64,000 bases of DNA from positions 162,874,001 through 162,938,000 of the forward strand of contig NC_043000.1 of the NCBI RefSeq assembly GCF_006345805.1. The letters run 5' to 3'. This DNA comes from Octopus sinensis. Its lineage: Eukaryota. A program made the position numbers and the translations under genes. The notes under the pieces were generated by a model. It did no database searches, had not been told where the DNA came from, and worked only from the letters and a program-made list of their open reading frames with translations. Of the stretch, positions 52,346-64,000 are shown in pieces. The stretch's first letter is position 1. Each line of letters begins with the position of its first letter.

Positions 52346-52435
<90 letters not shown>

Positions 52436-52697
52436 CGCACGCACGCACACACTACAGAACAGAGGAATCAGCTAACAGCATCTTTTCTCTTAAGACTTCC
52501 TGATATCTTTTGTCTCTTTTATCTTTTACTTGTTTCAGTCATCAGAATGTGGCCATGCTGGAGCACCCCCCTTGACATAGTGAAATAACAGATAAAAGGG
52601 ATAACGAGTGGTCTGTATTGTGATCTTTTTATAATTTAGATTCATTTGAATTTAGAAAATAACCACAGCCACACAGGCACACACACGCACACACTCA

Positions 52698-52735
<38 letters not shown>

Positions 52736-52908
52736 ATCCACAGATGAAAATCCTACAATAAAGGTAATTTGCTTTCATTATTTACAATTTAACTGTGCAA
52801 ATATATGTATGTATGTGTGTGTGTGAGTGTGTGTGGATAAATAGAAAGATTGATAGATAGAAAGATAGAAAGTTTGATAGATACAGACAGCCAGATGGAT
52901 AGACACAC

Positions 52909-52910
<2 letters not shown>

Positions 52911-53006
<96 letters not shown>

Positions 53007-53007
53007 G

Positions 53008-53056
<49 letters not shown>
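52911..53056. repeat. (TAGA)n microsatellite
   Basis: Direct reading. Confidence 0.95.
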
Positions 53057-53057
<1 letters not shown>

Positions 53058-53503
53058 TGTGCGCATTAAAGGATAAACGCCACCCTTTTCAAGCCTACCC
53101 AGGTTCATGGGCCCGGTTTCCCGGTTTCTGTGGCATATATGTTCCCCCCAGCTGGTTTTGACACTATTTTACTTACAGTCACGGACAAGCTATTCAATTT
53201 TGCTCCGGTTCGAACAGGCATGTGATGTTGATGAAACACTGAAATGGCGAAACACCGATGTCAATCAATCCTGGATTGGACCTGGGATGAGTTGTCACAC
53301 CGGTCTATGACTACGACTAGGACTTTCAGGTGTTTAAACACCCTGTACTTTGAGGGGGTCACTTCCACCGCTTCGATTCAGAGCAGCCGACCGGTAAAAA
53401 CTAACAAGTCACAAACATTGTGTATGCGTGTTCGATAATGTTTACAAAACATGCATTGCTTCTAAATTCATATTTGAATTTATGCATGTATATATATCTA
53501 TAT

Positions 53504-53556
<53 letters not shown>

Positions 53557-53589
53557 GTATGTATGTATAATATAATATAATATGATATA

Positions 53590-55085
53590 ATGAAATTATT
53601 GCATACAATGCGTATAAATTACATACAGTAATGTACAAATGTCTAGAAAGCGAACAATGTACGAGTCAGATACATGCTTGTGTGTGTATGGAGGGGAGAA
53701 AATCAGGTGTAGTGTTGGCGAATCTCAGAAAGCATGGAAGTTTTGAAGGATGCAGTGCTCCGACAACTAACAACTGATGCCGGCAGTTTGTTCCATGCTT
53801 CAGCAACTCTCAGCGTGAAAAAATGTTTCCTAAAGTCATGGGAGCTGTGCTGTTTTCTGACTTTGTAAATATGTCTACAGGTGTTAGATGGGTGGAGTTT
53901 GAAAAGGTGCTCAGAGTTATTGTTTGTGAGATGGTTGTTAATTTTATGGGTGTCTGCAAAGTCACCTGCCAGACGTCGGAGTTTCAATGTGTCCATGCCC
54001 AGGGAAGTAAGGCATTCAGAATATGGCAAATGCCTGATGGAGGGTATTCTTTTGGTTGCACGTCGCTGAACGGCTTCCAGACGATTGATATCCTGGGCAA
54101 GATAGGGGTTCCAGACCGGTGATGCAAATTCCAGGTGAGGTCTTACCGTAGCTATATAAAGCCTCAGATAGATAGCCGGAGAGCAGCTCACAAAGGACTT
54201 GGTGAGTGATGCCAAGACATCCTCAGCCTTCTTGACAATTTTAGCGATATGTTTTGTCCAACGCAAATCACTGTCGACAATAACACCCAGGTCACGTTCA
54301 CACGAAGACTTTTTGAGATTAGTGTTGTGGAGGAAGTAGGTGGACGCTGGGTTTCTCCTCCCAAAATGCATGGTGGTACATTTGTCCACAGCCAGCTTGA
54401 GTTGCCAGCCCATGATCCACTGCTGCATTGTGTCCAGGTCTGCTTGCAATAGAGATCTATAGTGTACAGGATCTGACCTCTTTATTTCGAGGTACAGCTT
54501 GATGTCATCTGCATATTTCAGCACTGTGGCATTCTTTAAGTTGGCATCTATGTCATTAACATATGCAACAAATAAAAGGGGGCCAAGAACAGATCCCTGT
54601 GGTACACCAGATGTCATTTCATAGGGTGAAGAGTGCTGTCCTAGAACTGTGACAACCTCTTTTCGGCCGAAAATAAAGGACTTCAACCAGTTATAGAGTT
54701 TTTCTCTTACGCCCAACGCAGAGAGCTTCACCATAAGTCTTTTGTGTGGCACAGAATTAAAAGCCTTAGCAAAGTCCAGGTAAACCACACCCACCCAGGA
54801 TCCGCGATCAGTGATTTGGGTAACGTCCTCAAGAAACTCGTTGAGTTGATTACAGCAGCTGGAGTTTGGAATAAATCCAATTGTGACGGCTGGATGAGGC
54901 TGTGAGACTTCCAGAAGTTCCAGAGGGTTTCCCTGATACAGGATTCCATCAGTTTGGCGATGCAGCTAGTAAGACTAACTAGTCTACAGGCGATGTGCGG
55001 TCACCTTTTTTGAACAAAGGGATAACACTGGCAGTTTTCCACTGCTCTAGAGTAACACCATTGTCAAGATAGAATTGGAAGAATA
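53590..55085 (-). pseudogene. 5'-truncated CR1-group LINE (RT region)
   Basis: ORF 53703..54794 contains YLDFAKAF, SGVPQGSVLGPLLF, KYADD and VRPHLEFASPVWNP. Frameshifted WKTASVIPLFKKGDR lies upstream. Confidence 0.88.
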
Positions 55086-55149
55086 GAGAAAGTATTTATG
55101 TGTGTGTGTGTATTTGTTTGTGTGGCTCTGTTTATCCCCTCCTCCAGCA

Positions 55150-55325
55150 TCCCTTGCCAACCGATGCTGGTGTGTTTACGTCCCCGTAACCTAGCGGTTC
55201 GGCAAAGCGACCGATAAAATAAATACTAGGCTTACAAAGAAAAAGTTCTGGGGTCGATTTGCTCGACTAAAGGCGTTGCTCCAGCATGGCCGCAGTCAAA
55301 ATGACTGAAACAAGTAAAAGATAAG
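55150..55325 (+). mobile_element. SINE family A 3' module
   Basis: caaccgatgctggtgtgtttacgtcccc...gaaacaagtaaaag. Confidence 0.8.
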
Positions 55326-55755
55326 ATATATATATATATTCTGAAGATTACACAGGTCAGACAAAGCTTACTCTAAGAAAAAGATTGACCATTCACTGAC
55401 AGATTCCACCTACTAGACATATGTGCAAAAAATAAGTCCCCCAAACTCCAGGTCTTCTTACACCGCCTATGTTCAGTGAATACCAAGGATGACTATCCTC
55501 TACCAATCAAACCCTATTCAAAACATACTAATTTGAGCCATGGACTCCCTATTTTTAACGCTAATCAGAAGCAAAGCAGCTGCGATGTAAGCTACGTCTT
55601 TCTATTTCAAATTTTTTAAACTCACTGTAAATTGTGAAACCGGCTAAATCTTTAATTATAATAATAAATAAAAATCTTTATTATTCTCAGTGCATTTTCA
55701 ACTACTACTTTTCCTATAAGCTTACCAATCTTCATTCAACTTCAATATATATATA

Positions 55756-56136
55756 TACTCTTTTACTTGGTTCAGTCATTTGACTGCGGCCAGCACCGCC
55801 TTTAGTCGAGCAAATCGACCTGGGACTTATTCTTTGTAAGTCCAGTACTTATTCTATCGGTCTGTTTTGCCGAACCGCTAAGTGACGGGGACGTAAACAC
55901 ACCAGCATCGGTTGTCAAGCAATGCTAGGGGGACAATCACACAAACACATACAGACACATATATATACATATATACGACAGGCTTCTTTCAGTTTCCGTC
56001 TACCAAATCCACTCACAAAGCATTGGTCGGCCCGGGGCTATAGCAGAAGACATTTGCCCAAGATGCCACGCAGTGGGACTGAACCCGGAACTATGTGGTT
56101 GGTTAGCAAGCTACTTACTACACAGCCACTCCTGCG

Positions 56137-56138
<2 letters not shown>
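55756..56138 (-). mobile_element. SINE family A, full copy
   Basis: Reverse complement of the family consensus. Confidence 0.85.
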
Positions 56139-56172
<34 letters not shown>

Positions 56173-56562
56173 TATATATATATATAGATATATATATATA
56201 TATATATATATATCTTGAAGTTGAATGAAAATTGGTAAACTTAGATGTGAAGTCATATTTGATGCATCTTCATCTTTATTTTGTTTTTGTTTTGTTTTTT
56301 TGTATTTGTTGTTTAGCTCCGAGTCAATCCCGAATGAGATTTGAATGAGATTTGGCTGCTCTTAGAAGCAGATTAAAGAGGCAACCTCTTAGATTTTGGC
56401 TTATTAATTCATATACTTAATTGTAAGCCATCAGGGTGTAGCTATTTTTTTTTTCAATAAGCTTTAAGTAAAATTAAAAGAAACTATTTGCTGTAAGATA
56501 ACAATTCCAGGCTGCGTCTGCGTGGGTCGTGGTGTATTATATAATACTAACAATCACCCTGT

Positions 56563-56605
<43 letters not shown>

Positions 56606-56792
56606 ATATTATTATATATATAATTACTATTTGCTTAGTTTGTTTAGTGTTTCTATTGTTTATTTTCCTTCATTCCTGACACCTGTCTCCAGCGCTTATC
56701 ACAGCAGAGACAACTGTACGAATTTCATAACATGATTTAGGTTTTCTTTTTAATACTTTTTGTTTTTCTTTATAAAGCACTTAAGTAAAAGT

Positions 56793-56841
<49 letters not shown>

Positions 56842-57106
56842 GGGACGTCGTGGTGGTGGTGGTGCTGGTGCTGGTGGCTTCCTTATTTTTTCCACATGGG
56901 CAAAAAAACACAAAAAATATATTAAATCTTTTAAGGAAGCGGTGAAGACAAAACAACTTGAGGTGTACATTATAGTTGTGATAAAATTAAATCAGATAAA
57001 TCTATCAAAAAACAAAAAAAACCTCTGAGGGAGACTCTATAAACGTTCTTCCCATGAGAACAGACACAAATGTAGATTTAATAAAACAATAATAATAATA
57101 ATAATC

Positions 57107-57139
<33 letters not shown>

Positions 57140-57250
57140 TAATAATATAATAATAATGATGATGATGATGATGATAATAATAATAATAATGATAATGATA
57201 ATAATAATAATGATTATTATTATATTATTATTATTATTATTATTATTATT

Positions 57251-60200
57251 ACTTTTTTTTTTCTTCTTTCAAATTTTCTTCCATTTCTTGCCGAGTGTCT
57301 TCCCGACTCCTAGGGCAAAGAAACTCATAGTGTATATTGGTAGGCCATTAAACAAACTCAGTAGTTCGTTCATTTTTTTTTTTTTTAAGTTAAATTAAAA
57401 TACATGAGCAGCAACAGTTCTCACATCGACAATGCTCTTCTCAATACGTGTGATATACCAGTTAAGACAATCTTTTGCACTTCTTGCAGGGATGGTAAGC
57501 CAGGGATCATTCTCATATAATTTTCGGTTCCCTTCTTGATCATTCCTAGTGCTCCTACGATCACTGGTATTGTAACCGCCTTGAGATGCCACATTTTCTC
57601 AATTTCAATGAGTAGGTCTTTATATTTTCTGAGCTTGTCAAACTCTTTCGCTGAGATATTATGATCACAGGGATGCTCATGTCGATCAATAAGCAAACTT
57701 TATTGTTTTGGTCTTTCACAACAATATCTGGTTTATTGGCCTTGATGGTTCGGTCTGTATGTACTGGAAAGTCCCACAGAATGGTTACATTTTCTCCTTC
57801 AGTTACAGCCTCAGGGTGGTGATTATACCACTTGTCGGCAGTTTTGATATTGTAATGCCGACTTATTAGCCAGTGGAGATATTGGCCAACTCTGTCATGT
57901 CTTAATTTATACTCCACTGGTGCTAAGACTTTACATCCAGAGATTAGGTGGTCCACTGTTTCAATCATGTCGTTGCAGAATCGGCATTTTGGGTCTGCTC
58001 CATTTTTCATCACATTGGCCTGGTAGTTCCGGGTTAATAGGCTTTGGTCTTGAGCAGCCAGGATGAAACCTTCGCTCTCTGCTTTTAGCCCTGAGCTCCG
58101 CAGCCACTGATGGGTTTGCTTCTGGTCAACATCAGCTTGTTTGCTGCGGGTCACATATTTGCCGTGCAGAGGTTTCTCCTCCCACCTATCAGCCAATTGC
58201 TCGTGCGCTTTTTTCATTGCCATCATTTTCACCTTCTTTGCAACAATAGTTGCCGTACTTCCCTCGGGTTGTTCAGTTTGGGTATCCTGCACGAGAGCAA
58301 TAGCAATTTTTTTGCTTTCCTTTATGATAGAATGAAGCTTCTTTCGTCTCTCGTGATTTTCCACGAGCTTTAGCATCCAGTCATTCGATATTTCGAGATA
58401 TTTGGCCAGTCCAATTGTGGTTGTTTTGTAAGCTAGTTCAAATTGGATCAGGCCTCGACCCCTTGGGCTCTGGAAAGGTAAAGGCGATCTACGTCTGCCT
58501 TTGGGTGGTGCATCCTATTACAACTCAGCAGCTTGCGTATTTTTCTATCTATATTCTTTACTTCACTCATATTCCAGTTCAACACATTGTAGCTATAAGT
58601 AACAACTGGAACTGCTAAGGAATTTATAGCTAACACCTTGTTACGTGCATTTAGTTCAGATTTCAGGACTGCACGAACTCTCCTATAACATTCCTTCCTG
58701 ATTTTCTCTTTCATGCTTGCATGCTGAATACCAGAGCCTTCATTTATCCCTAAATATTTGTATGTCTGTTCTTGCTCAAGCTCTCTTATGACTGTGTCAA
58801 CATCTAGCACGACTGAATTTGTGGTCTTCACTTTCCCTTTCTGGAAAGTGGCCTTGGCACACTTCTCAAGTCCAAACTCCATCCCGATGTCATCGCTGAA
58901 TGCTTTCACGGTGCGCAATAGGCCTTCAAGTTCATTATTGTCTTTACCATAAAGTTTTAAGTCATCCATATAAAATAGATGGCTTATTTTTTTATTGGCA
59001 ATTTTATACCCTACCCTGTTCTGTTTAATTCACTTGTAAGGGGTATTAGGGCTATGCAGAATATTAAAGGTGAAAGTGAGTCACCTTGAAAACTTCCACA
59101 GTTGATGTTTATATTTTCTGAGGCAAGTACTCCATTAGAGTGGTATAATTGGAGATTCGTATTCCACAACGACATATTGTGCTTCAGGAAGTTTGAAATC
59201 ACAGGGGAAATTTTAAAGATGTCCAGCGATCTCAAGATCCATGGATGCGGTATACTGTCGAAGGCCTTTTTATAGTCAATCCATGCGGTGCTGAGATTTC
59301 TGCGCTTGTTGTGACAGTTCTCAAGGATCATACAATTGATTAGCAGTTGATCTTTGCATCCGTAAGAGCCTCGGCGGCACCCTTTTTGTTCAATGGGGAA
59401 AATATCGTTCTTCTCCATGAATGCATATGTTTTCTCCGCCAGGATAGATGTTAGGATTTTATACGTGGTGGATAGACAGGTTATAGGCCGATAGTTTTTT
59501 TGAAGGTTGGTTTCGTTATTCTTTGGGAGTAGGTAAGTAATGCCACTTGCTACCATTCAGGTGTTTTCTTTGGGTCTCTCAAAATTCCATTGAGCAGCTG
59601 AACTAGCTTACCGTGTGCGCACGGGAGCGATGCGAGCCAGAAATTCGGCACCCTATCTTTACCGGGGGATTTCCATTATGAGCCTTCGTGAGTGCCTTCT
59701 TAGGTCTTCTATTGTGATGTCTTCCCATGCTTGTTGTTGTAAATTTTGGTACGATCCTTCAGTTTGTATAATCCAGTCTGCATTTATGTTGTACGTCTTC
59801 TTGTCACTCCAAATCCTTTCCCAAAAGTTTTGAACTTCTTCCATGGGAGGGGGGTCTTTAACGGTTACTTTCTCCTTCCCTATTTCTCTGTAGAATTTTT
59901 TGGCATTGGATGTGAACAGCTTATTTTGCTTGTAAAACTTGTTTCTTTTCTCAAATCTTCGTATTCTTTGGGCTTTTGCTTGGACTTTTTGTTTCAGGCG
60001 TTCTTTTATTGATATCAGTTCTTCTCTTGGTGAGGATCCAAATTTTCTCTCATCTTTCTTCCTGTTCTGGATCTTACATCATTTCCACATATTAGTTCAT
60101 TTAATATTGATATTTCCCCTCTCATAAATTCAATCTCTTTTTCAATTTTACTTCTCCAGGTTTGATTTCTTCCCAGGTTTTGCTTTCTTTGTTTTTCGGG

Positions 60201-61120
60201 GGCATACAGCTGGTTTCAATTGCCCTAGCAGAAGCGTAAATAATTTCATTTAACTCAGTAAAATCAGGTTTTAATTCTCGTATTATTTCATTTGTTACAT
60301 AGTTGCCAATTTGGATTTGTTTTTTATTTTGGTTTGTATTTGAGAGTTTATGAAGTGGTTCTCTATCATTCATACTTGTATGTCTTACAACTTCAAGCGT
60401 ATTCAGGATTTTCTGCCTCATTTCTGCCATAGACTCTCTGTGTTCTTCAGCAAATGCGAGATCTTCAGTTACTGTTGTTTTTTGTTTTCCTGGCTATCTT
60501 TAACAGGTACAATAGAATTTCTTGTATCTTCAGGCCTTTGCGTACTTTGGTCAGATGGCAGTCTTTCAATTAAGCCTCGTGGCGGGCTATACTGTTCATC
60601 TGATTCTTCATTTCCTTTGTGTCTTATATTTATGTCATTTCCGTTGCGTGCTTGATCGCACTTATTTCACTGTCTGTGAGTCTGTTATTTCTAAAGATAT
60701 CCCTCCTCACATTTGCTAATTTGTTCTCGTCCAAATAGGGCCTACTGTCTTGATTCCGTGTTCTCCATATACTGTAAGAGTTTGCGGTGTGTCTCTCTTG
60801 AGATGGCCTACCTAATGCATAGTAATAAGCGTATATTACTTCTTTATACTCTTCTCGGGTCCATTTGTTCCGCTTACATTTTTCTTTCTGTGGTGGTTGT
60901 GGTGGTGAACTTGGAGGGCTCGAGTTGGGGGATTTCCCGTTCAAGTGACCATCCATGTCCGTATTCGGAGAAGAGTTTGTGCCAGTTGATGACTTTTCGA
61001 TCCCAGGCTGGCTCTTCCCTGGGCGACGCGCTTCCAGATTAACCATAGGACAAGCGATTTGGTATACTGATTTAGTTTTCCTTTTAGTTTCCAAAAACAT
61101 TTTGGTGCTACGATAATGTT
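57251..61120 (-). mobile_element. Near full-length Dong/R4-clade non-LTR retrotransposon (RT, zinc knuckle, restriction-like endonuclease), frameshifted, flanked by TAA/TTA-type repeats
   Basis: N-terminal KWTREEYKEVIYAYY. RT motifs RPITCLSTTYK, AWIDYKKAFDSIPH, FQGDSLSPL, YMDDLKLY. Then AAQDQ, CRFC...ETVDHLISGC and RLE KPDIVV...LIDMS. About 3.7 kb of coding potential in several pieces. Confidence 0.9.
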
Positions 61121-61635
61121 ATCATTTTTTAGCTTTGATTGGCTCGTGGGGAGACGCCATCATTGCCGTTACAATTATAATCGTACCATTATAGCAGCCG
61201 TAGTCGGCTTATTATTGTTATTATCTTCACCATTACCATCACTATCATCATTATCACCACCATTACCATCATCATTATCATCATCACCCTCACCATCACC
61301 ACCATCATCATCAATATTGTTTTATGTGTAGTCACAGCAGTATCTTATTATTGTTATTTTTGTTTTTTTATCATTATCACCATCACAGTAGTGTCTGTCT
61401 GTCTCGTTGGCTGGCTTGGTGGTTGGCTGGCTGACTGTCTTCAATGCCAGAGTTCTTGCCTGTCAAATAATACTTTCATATTTGGTTAACAATAGAGCCG
61501 AGGTGAGGTTTGTGTGTGTGTGTGTGGGTAGATAGATAGATAGAATATAAGCACTATTACTATCTTTTTTTTTTTTTTTTTTTTTGGGTGGGGTCAAAAA
61601 ATTCAGATGTTTACTACTATTAGCCTTAAGAAAAT

Positions 61636-62567
61636 TAAGGAAGGGGTGTCCTGTATTGTTGTGAATAGAGAATTGTGTTCGACCAGAGAGAATCTTAGCA
61701 TCATCATTTTTTTCCATGTGCGTTTGTGTTATTGCAATAAAAAGTGTTTGTATATTTCGTGTAAGGTAATATTGTAGAGGTTGAAGTTGACTTTTCTAGA
61801 GATGTTTGTATGTCCAGTTAGAAGACAGGTGTGTTTTTGCAATAAAAAGTATATGTTTACATTTATATTTGAATATCAGGGAGGAAGCAAAGAAAAGTCA
61901 GATTTTCATAGAAAGTTTTACGGTTTTGAAAGTCCACAAAAAGAAAAGCGTGATGTTTTTAGAGAGAAGAAAAAAAAAGGATGTTTACAGAGGCAATTGT
62001 GGGTATCAAAGTTTTTAAAGCTGGTCGAATGTATGATTGAAAACTGTAGATATGTAAATTTGTAAATTTCTTAACTTATTTTGAAGGGCTGTTCTGTATT
62101 ATTTGTGAATAGAGAAGCTGTGTTCGACCAGAGAGAATCTTAGCATCATTATTTTTTCCATGTGCGTTTGTGTTATTGCAATAAAAAGTGTTTGTATATT
62201 TCGTGCAAGGTAATATTGTGGAGGTTGAAGTTGACCCCTCTAGAGATATTTGTATGTCCAGTTAGAAAACAGGTGTTTTTTTGCAATAAAAAGTATGTTT
62301 ACATTTATATTTGAATATTCTGGGAGGAAGCAAAGAAAAGTCAGATATTCATAGAAAGTTTTAGGTTTTGCAAGTCTACAAAAAAAAAAAAAAGAAAAAA
62401 AAAAAAAAAAAAAGCGTGATGTTTTTAGAGAGAAGAAAAAAAAGAAAGAAAGAAAAAAGGGTGCTTACAGAGGCAGTTGTGGGTATTAAAGTTTTTAAAG
62501 CCGATCGGATGTATGTTTGAAAGCTGTAGATACGTAAATTTGTAAATTTCTTAACCCACTTTGAAGA
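61636..62567. repeat. Diverged tandem duplication, two units of about 450-480 bp
   Basis: ctgtatt..tgtgaatagagaa..tgtgttcgaccagagagaatcttagcatcat...gtaaatttgtaaatttcttaac occurs at about 61650 and 62094. Confidence 0.88.
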
Positions 62568-62720
62568 GAATTTCAAATACTCACGAGTATTGAAGATGTT
62601 CCAGTCTTTGAGAGTTATTTTCCCCGTTGCTAAACTGGCCCATATTAAGTGTTCTATGGCTTTCGGCCACGAACTGTCAGAGCAGTGAGGAACACGTCCA
62701 GCCGCTGTCAAGGCTGGTGC

Positions 62721-62767
<47 letters not shown>

Positions 62768-62774
62768 TTATTAT

Positions 62775-64000
62775 TACTTTTTTTTCTTCTTTCAAATTTG
62801 CTTCCATTTCTTGCCGAGTGTCTTCCCGACTCCTAGGGCAAAGAAACTCATAGTATACATTGGTAGGCCATTAAACCAAACTCAGTAGTTCGTTCATTTT
62901 TTTTTTTTTAAGTTAAATTAAAATACAGGAGCAGCAACAGTTCTCACATCGACAATGCTCTTCTCAATACGTGTGATGTACCAGTTAAGACAATCTTTTG
63001 CACTTCTTGCAGGGATGGTAAGCCAGGGATCATTCTCATATAATTTTCGGTTCCCTTCTTGATCATTCCTAGTGCTCCTACGATCACTGGTATTGTAACC
63101 GCCTTGAGATGCCACATTTTCTCAATTTCAATGAGTAGGTCTTTATATTTTCTGAGCTTGTCAAACTCTTTCGCTGAGATATTATGATCACAGGGGATGC
63201 TCATGTCGATCAATAAGCAAACTTTATTGTTTTGGTCTTTCACAACAATATCTGGTTTATTGGCCTTGATGGTTCGGTCTGTATGTACTGGAATGTCCCA
63301 CAGAATGGTTACATTTTCTCCTTCAGTTACAGCCTCAGGGTGGTGATTATACCACTTGTCGGCAGTTTTGATATTGTAATGCCGACTTATTAGCCAGTGG
63401 AGATATTGGCCAACTCTGTCATGTCTTAATTTATACTCCACTGGTGCTAAGACTTTACATCCAGAGATTAGGTGGTCCACTGTTTCAATCATGTCGTTGC
63501 AGAATCGGCATTTTGGGTCTGCTCCATTTTTCATCACATTGGCCTGGTAGTTCCGGGTTAATAGGCTTTGGTCTTGAGCAGCCAGGATGAAACCTTCGCT
63601 CTCTGCTTTTAGCCTGAGCTCCGCAGCCACTGATGGGTTTGCTTCTGGTCAACATCAGCTTGTTTGCTGCGGGTCACATATTTGCCGTGCAGAGGTTTCT
63701 CCTCCCCTATCAGCCAATTGCTCGTGCGCTTTTTTCATTGCCATCATTTTCACCTTCTTTGCAACAATAGTTGCCGTACTTCCCTCGGGTTGTTCAGTTT
63801 GGGTATCCTGCACGAGAGCAATAGCAATTTTTTTGCTTTCCTTTATGATAGAATGAAGCTTCTTTCGTCTCTCGTGATTTTCCACGAGCTTTAGCATCCA
63901 GTCATTCGATATTTCGAGATATTTGGCCAGTCCAATTGTGGTTGTTTTGTAAGCTAGTTCAAATTGGATCAGGCCTCGACCTCCTTGGGCTCTGGAAGGT
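62775..64000 (-). mobile_element. Second near-identical Dong/R4 copy (3' part; continues beyond the window)
   Basis: Matches 57251-58480 almost base for base. (TTA)n at 62722-62775. Confidence 0.92.

Noticed and set aside
53223-53266. ttgatga...gcgaaac...gtc hammerhead-like string
   Set aside because: C3 is missing, stems I and II pair poorly, and there is no second copy in the window.

Overview
AT-rich, microsatellite-saturated animal genomic DNA. The repeat families look like those of Octopus (inference from recognising the SINE families and the Dong/R4, CR1 and Penelope mix). I found no host exon, RNA gene or CRISPR array that I can support. Most short ORFs in the track are translations of (TA)n, (CATA)n, (AGT)n or (TAA)n tracts. 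The window is a nest of transposable elements: a near-intact CR1-group LINE (6375-9695, broken by one extra base) with other CR1 fragments; a near full-length Dong/R4-type restriction-endonuclease LINE (57251-61120) with a near-identical neighbour; several Penelope-like remnants; a Tc1/mariner relic; two Helitron-like non-autonomous elements; and about four tRNA-derived SINE families. The most notable structures are inverted repeats. One is a 1.92-kb foldback transposon with ~620-bp tandem-repeat TIRs and a clean 8-bp TSD (19461-21383). Another is a 5.65-kb composite of Penelope and CR1 fragments bracketed by ~1.25-kb inverted arms (38331-43980). There are also several perfect or near-perfect palindromes. 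The CR1 ORF2 has no early AUG and overlaps ORF1 in the -1 frame across two in-frame slippery heptamers. Coordinates and identities were read by eye and may be off by a few bases.
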